Shown here: positions 29,649 to 39,592 of the stretch, in pieces
Layout: each line of letters starts with the position of its first letter
Numbering within the stretch: position 1 is the first letter of the stretch
DNA from: an uncultured bacterium
GTDB lineage: Bacteria; Babelota; Babeliae; Babelales; Babelaceae
Direction of reading: 5' to 3'
Assembly (NCBI GenBank): GCA_963848965.1
Contig: CAWKFG010000001.1
Location: 512,001 to 576,000 of the forward strand
DNA length: 64,000 nucleotides
Position numbers and translations under genes: made by a program
Notes under the pieces: model-generated
Seen by the model: only the letters and a program-made list of their open reading frames with translations
What the model was told of the DNA's origin: nothing
The model's database searches: none

Positions 29649-30137
29649 ATGGTAATTTTAGGAGTTGATCCGGGTTTTTCTGTGACCGGTTATGGTATAA
29701 TGAAGCGTGATGGGCGCAAAGTTTCTGTGCTCGATTATGGTGCTTTGCGTATGGATAGTTCTAAGCCGCTGAGTGAACGTATACATATATTTCATGACTT
29801 TTTTGTATCTAAAATTGAGCAATGGCAGGTGTCTGCAGTTGCGCTTGAGACACCGTTTCTTGGAAAGAATGCACAAAATTTTTTAAAACTTGGATATCTT
29901 CGCGGTGTTTTGTATCTCTTAGCACATAGATATAAGCTTCAGTTATCTGAGTTTTCTCCTCGAGAAGTAAAGCTTTCTGTTACAGGATTTGGTGGTGCAG
30001 AAAAAGAGCAAGTAGCACGTGTTGTTATACGCTTATTACCTGGAATGGTGTTACCAGAAAAACTAGATATAACCGATGCTCTTGCAGTAACACTTTGTGG
30101 AATCTGGAAACAGACATCTCTTGTAAGGCAAGTCTAG
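29649..30137 (+). CDS. ruvC: Holliday junction resolvase
   Basis: ILGVDPG..TGYG, ALETPF, VKLSVTGFGGAEKEQV, DITDALAV. Confidence 0.95.
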   Translation: MVILGVDPGFSVTGYGIMKRDGRKVSVLDYGALRMDSSKPLSERIHIFHDFFVSKIEQWQVSAVALETPFLGKNAQNFLKLGYLRGVLYLLAHRYKLQLSEFSPREVKLSVTGFGGAEKEQVARVVIRLLPGMVLPEKLDITDALAVTLCGIWKQTSLVRQV

Positions 30138-31069
30138 CCTGTTTTTTCTCTTTTTTGAGATTCGTTGAGTTTCTTTGTGCTTGCTTGAGCAGTACAAAAC
30201 TGTTTGTGTGTCGACCAATCCAGTTTTTGGCATTGTTGTGAACAATAGCGGACTTTTTTACATCTGTTGCACATCTGTAATTGTATAGATTGTGTAAGAA
30301 GCTCCTTTTTATATCGTTTGCAGGTATGACATTGATGTTTTGCGTAGTATGGTGATGCTTGAGCTCCTTTGATAGATATGTTCTGAGTAGGTTCTACTAC
30401 AAGGAAAGTGGAACTTGTGAGCTGTTGGGCGGGTACTTGCGCTCCTGCTTTTATAAGAGGCTCAATAACTTTTTTGCATCCTTCGCCAAGCGCCCACATT
30501 AAGGTTGTATAACCATTTTGAGATCGGTCGTTAATACGAGCGCCTGATGCAAGAAGCATTTCTACTATTTCTTTATAGTCATATTGGGCTGCAATTATCA
30601 AAGCAGTGTTACCTGCACAATTACTAAGATGAGGGTCTGCTTTATGCTCTAAAAGTAGTTGTACCATTTCTGTATAACCCTTTTCTGAGGCTATCATTAA
30701 GGGTGTAACTCCTTTGCTATTTTGAGCATTAACATCTGCTCCTGCTCGAATAAGCAGCTCTGCTATACTTTTATAGCAGCTTTTATCTTTATGGCTGTAA
30801 AAAACGGCAAACATTAAGGAAGTGTTTTTGTAAACACCATCTTTATTCATACAAGTAAAATGAGGATCTGCTTTTTGTCTAAGAAGCTGCTCTACTTCTT
30901 CTTTATTACCTTTAAATATGGCTGTTACTAACTGAGCGTTAAGTTTATCGCTTTCACTTGGTTCTTGAGAATCACTAGTAATAAAGGTAACAAAAGATGC
31001 TTGATCCATACAGTAGCTTATGCAAAACAGGCTTATTGTAAAGAGAAAGCTTATTATAGAGGTAATCAT
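30134..31069 (-). CDS. Exported ankyrin + MYND zinc-finger protein (minus strand; track strand label is wrong)
   Basis: CAT at 31067-31069 reads ATG ATT ACC on the reverse strand; stop CTA at 30134-30136; ankyrin repeats then CHTC..CNRC..RYCSQQCQKLDWSTHKQFC. Confidence 0.9.
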   Translation of the reverse strand: MITSIISFLFTISLFCISYCMDQASFVTFITSDSQEPSESDKLNAQLVTAIFKGNKEEVEQLLRQKADPHFTCMNKDGVYKNTSLMFAVFYSHKDKSCYKSIAELLIRAGADVNAQNSKGVTPLMIASEKGYTEMVQLLLEHKADPHLSNCAGNTALIIAAQYDYKEIVEMLLASGARINDRSQNGYTTLMWALGEGCKKVIEPLIKAGAQVPAQQLTSSTFLVVEPTQNISIKGAQASPYYAKHQCHTCKRYKKELLTQSIQLQMCNRCKKVRYCSQQCQKLDWSTHKQFCTAQASTKKLNESQKREKTG

Positions 31070-31359
31070 TGAATTTCCCTAATGTATTATCGCTGTATAG
31101 TATTATAGCAAACTCATTATTCAAAGACATATTCTTTGAATAAAATTTCTTATAATTGAATTATATCAAGTGCGTAGAAAAATACAACATGACTTTTTTT
31201 TAAAAACAGAAATCTGTGCATAGTTCATTGTTATCAAAATTAGTTAGTGCTCTCTTATTAAGGGGAAAAGTATCTATCAAAAATTTTCTTGCTGACTCTT
31301 GCATTTTAAAGATAAAGCACTGTACATTCTCAGATGATGATTGAAAAAAGGAGGAAGAA

Positions 31360-31794
31360 ATGTATACGTTTGTCTCAGATAATAATGCAAACTTGCCGAT
31401 TTCTTTTTCTGAAAATGATGTGTTTGAGTTACAGAATTATTTTTTATTGCCGGGGCTGCGCTCTGTTAGGGTAAAGAATCTTGCTGCTGGCCGCGTATTT
31501 ATAAAAATGCTTTTACCTCTTTTTCATCCATTTTCTTATACAGCTTATGTAGGGACACTTCCATTTCATTTAGAGCATCTTACAAATCTTTTAGATGAGC
31601 TTAAGGAATGGGCAGTTAATGAAGAGGCTCTAGAGAAGTATTTATTAACAACTTTTTATTATGACTTTCTTTTTATAGAAGAGACTAAGCAGCTCACTGA
31701 GCATTCATGGTATGCTCTTTTTAAAGCATTGCTTGCACGCTCTTCTTTGGTTTCTCCGTTACCATGCATAGTACTTTCCTATGAGAGAGAATAG
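31360..31794 (+). CDS. Hypothetical protein
   Basis: Strong AGGAGG RBS; 144-aa ORF. Confidence 0.6.
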   Translation: MYTFVSDNNANLPISFSENDVFELQNYFLLPGLRSVRVKNLAAGRVFIKMLLPLFHPFSYTAYVGTLPFHLEHLTNLLDELKEWAVNEEALEKYLLTTFYYDFLFIEETKQLTEHSWYALFKALLARSSLVSPLPCIVLSYERE

Positions 31795-32219
31795 TATTTT
31801 TTATGCCCTTGTAACTATTATTTTAGTCGCATAATTTTATAATATAGCCTTACTTTGGTGTCTTGTCTCTCCATGCCGACTTTTATCTTATAAGTATTGA
31901 AGAGAGATATGCTCTCTTAGGGGAACCACATAACTGGGAGAAATAGGAACAGGGGTCATTGATAGAGGAATTCTCTAGGTTTGTAAGGGAAAGCGAATTT
32001 TTTTTTATACTTGTAAAGAAAACCACCGCATTGATGGAAATCATCAATGCGGTGGAAAAAAGGAGAGTAGTAATGAAGCCTAGGTTAAAAGTTAATGATT
32101 TATCACTAACTAATTTTAGTATGAATGAAATTTCAAAAATGTCAAATTATTTTTTTAATTGCTCTCTAAGAGATAAGGGCTTTTTATCTCTTATTTTCTA
32201 TTTAGGATGACAAATAGGG

Positions 32220-33311
32220 TTAATTTGTGCTGTTGAGAGGCAGGAGAGAAATGTACTGGGGAGCATGAGAAAAAAGTTGTGTTTGAAGAAAATCTGGTAC
32301 AAAAGTAAAGGTCATGATAACTTGGCTTGAGAGGCGAATGAGAAGAGGAAGAAGAACGCTTGCTTTAGCTTCGTCAAAATCTGCCATAAAATCATCAACT
32401 AAAAAGACTATTTTATGATCATGAATAAGCTGTGCTTGTGCAAGCTTTAGCATGAAAACAATGAGTTTCTGTTGCCCTCGGGAAGCATAGGTACGAGATT
32501 CTTTTTGTTGAAATATTAATAAAAAATCATCAAGATGGGCTCCAAAGAGAGAACGGCGCTGTGCTCGTTCATGCTCGCTCAGCGAAGGATACCGTTCAAG
32601 AAGCTCTTGTGCGCTCGTAACTACTGCAGTATAGGGGCGAGCGTACTGATACTGAATGGTAATACCATAGGCGGCGCCAATAACTTCATGAGCAAGTGTA
32701 GATGCTTCTTTTTCAAGTTGCGCTAAAAGAGATTGCCGTTGTTCTTGAATGTGCTTACTTGTAGTAAGGAGCTGGGAGGTCCATAAGAGATAAGAGTCAT
32801 GATCAAAGTTGTACTGTGCCAGCAGAGCATTTCTATTGTCAAGAATCTGGCGGTATTTGCGCAGTAAGGCAGTATATGAAGGATCCTGAAGAACGAGCAT
32901 CTGATCTACAAATGCTCGGCGTACTGCTGGTGCTCCACGCACAATAAGCAAATCATCTTCTGTGATAGTAATTGCTTTGTATGTTGTATAAAGCTCTTTA
33001 AAAGAATGAAGTGGCTTTTGATTGAGTTTTACAAGTCGTTTGGTGCGGGTAATGCTCGCTTGGAGTGTATCAAGCGCATAGTCAGATGCTATAGTAGCAG
33101 TTATAGAAAATCCTTCATCAGAATTATGAATAAGCTCTTTTGTTATATGGGTTTTAAATGAGCGTAAATAGCATAGAAAGTGTAAAGCTTCTAAAACAGA
33201 TGTTTTGCCTGAGCCATTAGGACCGGTAATAAGTACTATAGAGCTTTCAAAATCTAAAGATAATGATGTAAAGCAGCGAAAGTTTCTCAGCTGCACTGAT
33301 GTAATATGCAC
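32220..33311 (-). CDS. recF: DNA replication/repair protein RecF
   Basis: LRNFRCF, GPNGSGKTSVLEAL, GAPAVRRAFVD, GAHLDD, ASRGQQK, LVDD. Confidence 0.95.
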   Translation of the reverse strand: MHITSVQLRNFRCFTSLSLDFESSIVLITGPNGSGKTSVLEALHFLCYLRSFKTHITKELIHNSDEGFSITATIASDYALDTLQASITRTKRLVKLNQKPLHSFKELYTTYKAITITEDDLLIVRGAPAVRRAFVDQMLVLQDPSYTALLRKYRQILDNRNALLAQYNFDHDSYLLWTSQLLTTSKHIQEQRQSLLAQLEKEASTLAHEVIGAAYGITIQYQYARPYTAVVTSAQELLERYPSLSEHERAQRRSLFGAHLDDFLLIFQQKESRTYASRGQQKLIVFMLKLAQAQLIHDHKIVFLVDDFMADFDEAKASVLLPLLIRLSSQVIMTFTFVPDFLQTQLFSHAPQYISLLPLNSTN

Positions 33312-33319
33312 ACAAACCC

Positions 33320-34438
33320 TTAAGAAGTTGGCGATACCGGCATTACTAAATAGGTCATACGATAACCACCTCCTGTAGATTCAAAAATAATGGGAGTTGT
33401 ACTACTTTTAAGGAAAAACGTAATATCAGAATCATTAAATGCCTGAAGGCCACTTAACAAATAAGGTGCATAAAAACGAACATCAACATGTGCACCAGAG
33501 TCATTAAGGAGCGGTAGCTGTTCATCAAGTGTTCCTACTTCTTTATTCTGCATAGAGACACGAAGCATGTTATCATTAAATGAGAACTTTGTTGCAATAA
33601 ACTGGTTTGAAAGCAGACATGCAGAACGTCTTAATGTTTTAATGAAGCGAGAGCGGTCAAGCGTTGCAGGTGAGAATGCATTTTTATCAAGAATAGTTCT
33701 ATAGTTAGGAAACTGGTCTGCAAGAAGCTTCGTAAAAAAGTTAAAAAGCTCACCGGAGAAGACAAGTTGGTTGCCACATACACCTAAAAAAAGCGTAGTA
33801 TCTTGACAAGTCTCGATAATCTTTTTTAACTCAAAAATAGCTCTACGTGGTAAAAGCCATGTACGAGTTTCGTTGAATGAGCTTAAAGAACAACTTACTT
33901 GAGCAAGGCAATGACCATCGGTTGTTGTCATGGTAAGTGCATTCTGAGCAACTTCAAGAAGAAGGCCATTAAGTGCAGAATTGGCATTGCTTTGAGGAAT
34001 TAAAAATGCAACGCTTTCAAGCATTTTACGGAGCAGCGGTGCATCAAAGTGCATAAGATTTTCAATACGCTCAGGAAAGGGAGGAAACTCTTGTGCATCT
34101 TTAATATTAAGTGCAAGATTAACATCTCCTGCTTGAAGCGAAAGCTGATGGTGTGTAATTGTACATGAAATAGGTCCTTCAAGCTCTTTGATAACTTCCC
34201 AAATACGACGACCGGAGACAAGAAACGAATGCGCTTTTTCTAAAGTGCTTTCGATAAGTGAGCAGCTTGCTTGAAGACTAATTTCTAAGTCAGTACTCTT
34301 TAATACAAGCTCCTTATGTCCTACATGAAAAAGGATATTAGCAGTTGCATCAAGCGCAGTTCGCTTTGAGCAAATAGGCTGCATAGAAGCAAGAAGATTT
34401 AAGAGAGACTTTTGATCGACAATAAAACTTTTTTCCAT
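33320..34438 (-). CDS. dnaN: DNA polymerase III beta clamp
   Basis: STDLEISL, EFPPFP, LNGLLL, TTDGHCLA, FPNYR, YLVMPV; directly upstream of recF. Confidence 0.95.
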   Translation of the reverse strand: MEKSFIVDQKSLLNLLASMQPICSKRTALDATANILFHVGHKELVLKSTDLEISLQASCSLIESTLEKAHSFLVSGRRIWEVIKELEGPISCTITHHQLSLQAGDVNLALNIKDAQEFPPFPERIENLMHFDAPLLRKMLESVAFLIPQSNANSALNGLLLEVAQNALTMTTTDGHCLAQVSCSLSSFNETRTWLLPRRAIFELKKIIETCQDTTLFLGVCGNQLVFSGELFNFFTKLLADQFPNYRTILDKNAFSPATLDRSRFIKTLRRSACLLSNQFIATKFSFNDNMLRVSMQNKEVGTLDEQLPLLNDSGAHVDVRFYAPYLLSGLQAFNDSDITFFLKSSTTPIIFESTGGGYRMTYLVMPVSPTS

Positions 34439-34708
34439 AAAAAACCGTACTACATAATCTCTTGAGGGTGAACAAATTCTTGTATATGAATGTAGTATAG
34501 CATGCAGAAAAAAAGTTTGAAGGGAAAGTCACTGTCAAAACTCTTGTTGCTCTCTTTTGTGCTATAGTATCCTAAAAGCAGTAATTATAAGAAGTTAAAT
34601 ATCTGCTATCACATCCTAGAGAACAGAGCTTATAAAAGCCTCTGTTAACCTCGGTGTCTACTGAAAGCCAGATCTTTAGCATTTTTGGCTATAAGGAGAA
34701 TAAATACT

Positions 34709-35626
34709 ATGTATATTCTTATAAATGCTCTCTTTTTTTGCTCTCAAATTTTTGCACAAGCAGGCACCATTGAAACAACATTTACTCCATTTCCAGGAAT
34801 TAGTGCAGAAGATGTTGCTCTTGATAGTCAAGGAAGAATTATCGTAGTAGGTACAGCAGGTAGTGTAGTGCGTTATGCTCCTACAGGAGTTATTGAAACT
34901 ATTTTTGATACATTTCCAGGGATAAAAGCACAAGCCGTAGTTATTGATGCACAAGATAGGGTACTTGTAGGTGGTAAAGCAGGAGTGCTTGTACGGTATT
35001 CCGTTACAGGAACAATTGAGACAACATTTGTACCATTTCTAGGTATAGATATTCAAGATCTCGCCTTAGATAGTGTAGGACGTATTATTGCTGTAGGTTT
35101 ACAGGGCCAAGTAGTACGATATCTTCCTACAGGAGTTCTTGAGACGACATTTGACACATTTCCTGGTATAAAAGCAAAGGCTCTTGCTCTTGTTACAGCG
35201 CAGAGAGCCACGGTTGTAGGACTACAGAGCTTTGTTATACGGTATACTACAACAGGACTACTAGGGACAACCTTTGGTTCTTTTCCGGGCATACGAGCAG
35301 AGGCGGTAGTTATAGATGCTCAGCAAAGAAGTATAGTAGGTGGTACTAACAGTGTTATTGTGCGATATACTCCAGCGGGAATTATTGAAACGACATTTAC
35401 TCCTTTTCCTGGCGTTCGTGTTCAAGCATTGGTAATTGATGCACAAGGCCGCACTATTGCAGGAGGGCTGCAAGGACAAATAGTAAGGTATACACCTGGA
35501 GGTGTCCAGCAGCTGGTATTTGATTCTTTTCCTGGTATAAAATGTAAAGCGCTTGCTTTAGATGCACAACAAAGACTTATTGCCGTAGGAAAGCAAGGTG
35601 TAGTTGTGCGCTATATCACAACGTAA
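34709..35626 (+). CDS. Exported protein of seven 41-aa repeats (probable 7-bladed beta-propeller, delta-60-like)
   Basis: Seven GxxETTFxxFPGIxAxAxxxDxQxRxxxxGxxGxVVRYxxT units after signal peptide ending IFA|QA. Confidence 0.8.
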   Translation: MYILINALFFCSQIFAQAGTIETTFTPFPGISAEDVALDSQGRIIVVGTAGSVVRYAPTGVIETIFDTFPGIKAQAVVIDAQDRVLVGGKAGVLVRYSVTGTIETTFVPFLGIDIQDLALDSVGRIIAVGLQGQVVRYLPTGVLETTFDTFPGIKAKALALVTAQRATVVGLQSFVIRYTTTGLLGTTFGSFPGIRAEAVVIDAQQRSIVGGTNSVIVRYTPAGIIETTFTPFPGVRVQALVIDAQGRTIAGGLQGQIVRYTPGGVQQLVFDSFPGIKCKALALDAQQRLIAVGKQGVVVRYITT

Positions 35627-35679
35627 TTGGCCAATTACAGTACACTTATTTTGTAATAAAAGTAGTTTTGTAGGTCTGC

Positions 35680-36666
35680 CTATTTAACTGCACCTGCATT
35701 TTGGAGCATTTCTACTATATCCTTATGTCCTCTTTCATTTGCAAGCTTTAAGGCAGTATAACCTATTGTAGTTGCAATAGTAGCATCAGCTCCTTTTGCT
35801 AGAAGTAGTGTTACTAAATCTTTATCTCCTTGTTCTGCTGCATACATTAAGGCTGTATATCCATTGATATTTTGAGCATTAACATCAGCGCCTGCATCTA
35901 TCAGCATTTTAGCTATTTCATTCGATCCCCAATTTATAGCCATCATTAAAGGAGTATAGCCCCATGTATCTTTAACATCAACGTCACTACCTTTATTCAG
36001 GAGATCTTTGGCTGTTTTATTATCGCCCCTTTTTGCTGCATCAATAAGTTGTACGTGTTCTCGCCATAATAAAGCACCAGGAGTTCCTAATGCTGCAGCT
36101 ATAGTTATATCTGGATCTTTGTGATATATCTGTTGATTGCCTAATACTTTAATAAGGTGTCTGTTAAAATCAGGGTTGTCAAATAGAAAAGAAAGATTTT
36201 TATTTATAGCTAAGCCAAGTAGAAATCTTAGAGCCGTATCATAGTCGTAACCATATATAGAAAATTGTTCAATTCGTTTTAGGTCTAAAAATAGTTCTTG
36301 AAATTGAGGGGTGTTAATTAGATGAGCAACTATTTTATTGTGGGCTAGTGCTTCTAGCTTCTGTAAAACTTCTTTTATGCTATTAGCTCGTTTTATCTCT
36401 TTTGGTAGTGAAAGTAACTGTTGAAACTCAGAAGTCTGTAATGCAGGGGCTAATTGCTTTACTTTGGCTAATTCCTGCAGATTTTTTAGTACTTCATTAA
36501 GAGATTTAGCTGTTTGTGTTTGAGCTATAAATTGAGAGAGTAGCTCTTTTAGCTCTTGGGGTAAAAGGGCTAAATAACTTTGTTGTTCTGATTTTCTCCA
36601 AGGCTTTATACCTAAAGTAGTAATAAAAAGTCCAAATGGTAAGATATAGAGTAAAATTTTTATCAT
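35680..36666 (-). CDS. Exported ankyrin protein with F-box-like N-terminal motif
   Basis: SYLALLPQELKELLSQFI; helical repeats; C-terminal ankyrins (GYTPLMMA, GYTALMYA). Confidence 0.88.
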   Translation of the reverse strand: MIKILLYILPFGLFITTLGIKPWRKSEQQSYLALLPQELKELLSQFIAQTQTAKSLNEVLKNLQELAKVKQLAPALQTSEFQQLLSLPKEIKRANSIKEVLQKLEALAHNKIVAHLINTPQFQELFLDLKRIEQFSIYGYDYDTALRFLLGLAINKNLSFLFDNPDFNRHLIKVLGNQQIYHKDPDITIAAALGTPGALLWREHVQLIDAAKRGDNKTAKDLLNKGSDVDVKDTWGYTPLMMAINWGSNEIAKMLIDAGADVNAQNINGYTALMYAAEQGDKDLVTLLLAKGADATIATTIGYTALKLANERGHKDIVEMLQNAGAVK

Positions 36667-36794
36667 TAAGAATCCTTTTATTTATTTATTTATTTATTTA
36701 TTTATAGTATTGCTTTTTTAAAAATGAAAAATCAATAAAAATATTTGAAATTTAAATTAGAGTGAAGAGAAACAAGAAACATCTTCTCATAGTA

Positions 36795-36822
36795 TTGACA
36801 GCTTAGACTGTGTTTTTATATT
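36795..36822 (+). promoter_or_regulatory. sigma70-type promoter
   Basis: TTGACA-16 nt-TATATT upstream of 36862. Confidence 0.6.
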
Positions 36823-36861
36823 ATTAATAGAAATAATATTTACAAAATAAAAGGAGATTTC

Positions 36862-37650
36862 ATGAAGTATGCTTTATTACTCATAACCACGTTTGCTGGA
36901 AGCATCTTTGCGCAAAATGCAGCAAGCAAAGACCCTAGCGCTCTTGTTGCACCTCCACCACTTTCAAAGATGTTACCAGGAGTTACAGCAGCAGCTTCTC
37001 GGCCAGTTAAAGTTGAGTCTATGCAAGATGAGATTAATTTTTGGTCACAACAGTTTGTAGATCACACTCGTTATCTTGAAGCTGCGTTTAAAAAGATGGC
37101 TCCTAACATTAGTAATAAAGCAGCAAAGCTTCGTGAAAAGCTTATGAGATTTAGAAACGATTTGAAAACAACACGATCACTTGGAAAAGATGGTAATCAA
37201 GAATATAGAACTATGGTAAAAGATCTTATCAGCCTTAAAAAAGATGCTCTTGATTCCCTGAGTGCAGCACCAAAAGGTATGAGAGTTAATTTACTAAAAG
37301 CTTTAGTAAAGCATATGATTGAAGAAGGTGATTATCATATGCAGAACTTAGAAGGAGTTAAAAGATCTGCAGCACAAGAGCGAGGATTCTGGGCTAGGCA
37401 TGATAAAGAAGTAGCAGAACTTAATACTCTTAAACCTGTTTCTGGTCGTGAAGAAAGTAAAATTATTGACCAGTTAATGAAAATGGGTCTTAAAGATCAT
37501 GAAGTGCGTGAAGATTCCTATGCACTATCTAAAATCTCACGACGAAGAACAGCAGAAAAACCTGTTGCAACACGACGTGGCGTGAGAGAAGATCAAGGAC
37601 AAAGAGCAGATCTTCCTGGACGCCAAGAGCGTGCAGAGATGCAACGCTAG
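36862..37650 (+). CDS. Exported protein, DUF2935-like
   Basis: FWSQQFVDH..HMIEEGDYH and FWARH..DHEVREDSY paired motifs; signal peptide. Confidence 0.55.
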   Translation: MKYALLLITTFAGSIFAQNAASKDPSALVAPPPLSKMLPGVTAAASRPVKVESMQDEINFWSQQFVDHTRYLEAAFKKMAPNISNKAAKLREKLMRFRNDLKTTRSLGKDGNQEYRTMVKDLISLKKDALDSLSAAPKGMRVNLLKALVKHMIEEGDYHMQNLEGVKRSAAQERGFWARHDKEVAELNTLKPVSGREESKIIDQLMKMGLKDHEVREDSYALSKISRRRTAEKPVATRRGVREDQGQRADLPGRQERAEMQR

Positions 37651-37667
37651 TAAGAGATACGCTATTG

Positions 37668-37693
37668 AGAGGGCCCCAAACGGGCCCTTTTTT
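37668..37693 (+). terminator. Intrinsic terminator
   Basis: AGGGCCC-CAAAC-GGGCCCT followed by a T run. Confidence 0.8.
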
Positions 37694-38429
37694 ATGACCG
37701 AGGATGTTTTCTTGTATAGGTTTCTTTTAACTCAGGCTCTGTAGTAAAAGAAGAATTATCTATAAGATGTAAAGATTCCTGCGGAGCTAAGACTGTTTTG
37801 AGCAATGACCACAATGCTTGGCGGGATATAGGCTTTATAAAAGAGCCACTTTTTACTGGAAACAGATAGGGAGAAACAAAAGGGATGCACGTTTGGTAGC
37901 TCTTAAAAAAAACAAAAAATTGTTCTGAAAGCTCAATAGAGCGAATACGTTTGCCATCCTTTATTTTTATACAGCGAGTTTGGTCGCAAAAGTCAGCTAT
38001 ATGAAGATTGTGTATCCTTGTAATTCCTAGCTTTCCTGTAGCAAGAAGAGAAAGTAGTATACATAAGCGAAGCTCATGATACGTTGTTCCCTTTTTGTAC
38101 TGCTCTATGAGCTCTGCCAGTTTCTCTAGAGAGTACTTATTGCAAGAAGCTAAAAGCGGTGTAAAATCTGGAAATTTATGCTGCTCTGTAAGGTATATAA
38201 AAAAGTATCGTAGTGCAGCATTTTTTCGATTTATAGTAGCTATACTTACTTTTCTTTTTAAAAGAAAGGCAAAATAATCACTCACTTCTTGTGTTGTAAG
38301 AGAATCAAGCATATAGCCAGAACTATGAAGAAATTGAATGAACTCTTGAATATCACGCCTATAGGCAAGGCGTGTATTGGCAGAATACGAGCTTAAAGAT
38401 TGTTCAAAAGAGACTAATAGCATATCCAT
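37692..38429 (-). CDS. XerC/XerD-like tyrosine recombinase homolog lacking catalytic residues
   Basis: SAM-like N-domain YSANTRLAYRRDI, SIATINRKNAALRYFF; PYLFP, ISRQALW and terminal YTRKHPRS; no HxxR box or catalytic Tyr. Confidence 0.7.
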   Translation of the reverse strand: MDMLLVSFEQSLSSYSANTRLAYRRDIQEFIQFLHSSGYMLDSLTTQEVSDYFAFLLKRKVSIATINRKNAALRYFFIYLTEQHKFPDFTPLLASCNKYSLEKLAELIEQYKKGTTYHELRLCILLSLLATGKLGITRIHNLHIADFCDQTRCIKIKDGKRIRSIELSEQFFVFFKSYQTCIPFVSPYLFPVKSGSFIKPISRQALWSLLKTVLAPQESLHLIDNSSFTTEPELKETYTRKHPRS

Positions 38430-38568
38430 AGTGCGGTTTAGGATAAACTATTTTAAAATAAAGTGCAATGAGATTTTATCATAGACTATGCTTGAGTAGC
38501 TCTCGTATAATGCTTCTCTTGCATTTATTTCTCGTGTCTCTTTATTTTTTGCTTGATTAACAGTGCGT

Positions 38569-39120
38569 TTATTTAAGAGCAGTTTCATTCTTATTTTCAG
38601 TATCAGTTTGAGTTCTTACATGAGAAGCAGGAATAGCTTGACCATGTTCACTATGAGTGGTTTTTCCATAATAGAAAGGCTCTTTGGCTCCAAAGGCTGC
38701 TCCTATAAGTGTTAGATTGAGCGAGCTGCTGGGTTCGATGAAGATTGTTTGGCCTTTATGATTACCTTTTTCTATGATCATAGCTACTGCTGTTTCTGTT
38801 TTTGCAGGCTTCTGCAATTCTTCTTGCACGTTTTTAACCCATAGCCAGTCTATAGTAACATAACTTGTAGCGGGAGGGAGATTGTAACAAGTACGAAGGT
38901 TATTATAGTGACCTACAATCGCAAGCTGTTTTCTTTCTTCTCCATCGGTTGTAGAAAAGACAGAAGAGCTAAAGTACGATGGATTTTTAGTTATAGCCCA
39001 GTTAAGGCAGAAAAGAGCACTTCTTTTTTTCTCAAAATCTTCTTGTGAGTTTGATTTTTCCATACATAATAAAGAGCTACCTATAATGATAAATGATAAA
39101 AGTGTAAAAAAATACTTCAT
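38569..39120 (-). CDS. Exported hypothetical protein
   Basis: AAGG RBS; MKYFFTLLSFIIIGSSLLC|MEK. Confidence 0.65.
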   Translation of the reverse strand: MKYFFTLLSFIIIGSSLLCMEKSNSQEDFEKKRSALFCLNWAITKNPSYFSSSVFSTTDGEERKQLAIVGHYNNLRTCYNLPPATSYVTIDWLWVKNVQEELQKPAKTETAVAMIIEKGNHKGQTIFIEPSSSLNLTLIGAAFGAKEPFYYGKTTHSEHGQAIPASHVRTQTDTENKNETALK

Positions 39121-39398
39121 GAACTACCTTTATGGTTCTAATAGTTTATTGATCGTACATAGTTGTATATCTATAGCATATATGCAAAGCCATAATTGTC
39201 AATAATGAATTTTTTTTGCAAGAGTAAAAGCCAGACCTATTACTAGGCTAGCAAAAAATAGAAAGACTCTGTCCTCCTAAAGAATCAATGCAATTAACAG
39301 GTTTAGAGGTATTTTTAGTTTTTATTAGTAAACATTTTTCAAAATGTTCTTCTGTTTGTATATTTCAATCTGATATTATATATAAAAAGGAGAAACAT

Positions 39399-39584
39399 AT
39401 GGAAAGAAAAAAAACTGTGCCCTACCAAGAGGTAGATTTAGAAGAGAAACTAGGCCAAAGTACAGTGCCGCATTCACATAGTAAAAATACAGGTGCTGTT
39501 ACTACAACCGCTGAAGATATTGAAGGTTCTGGGGGTGTTCTAGAAGCAGAAGCAGGTGCTGCAGGTATTCGTGAATCAGAATAG
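39399..39584 (+). CDS. Small acidic hypothetical protein (61 aa)
   Basis: AAGGAG RBS before ATG 39399. Confidence 0.55.
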   Translation: MERKKTVPYQEVDLEEKLGQSTVPHSHSKNTGAVTTTAEDIEGSGGVLEAEAGAAGIRESE

Positions 39585-39592
39585 GGGAAGAA

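Noticed and set aside
30134..31069. ORF track lists this 311-aa ORF on +
   Set aside because: The listed protein reads only from the reverse complement (CAT at 31067-31069); annotated as minus strand
31800..32200. Possible oriC near dnaN/recF
   Set aside because: No DnaA-box cluster seen
34600..34680. Stem AACAGAG/CTCTGTT upstream of the propeller gene as a riboswitch
   Set aside because: No aptamer consensus recognised
36676..36705. (TTTA)n run
   Set aside because: Low-complexity AT-rich upstream sequence; no evidence of function
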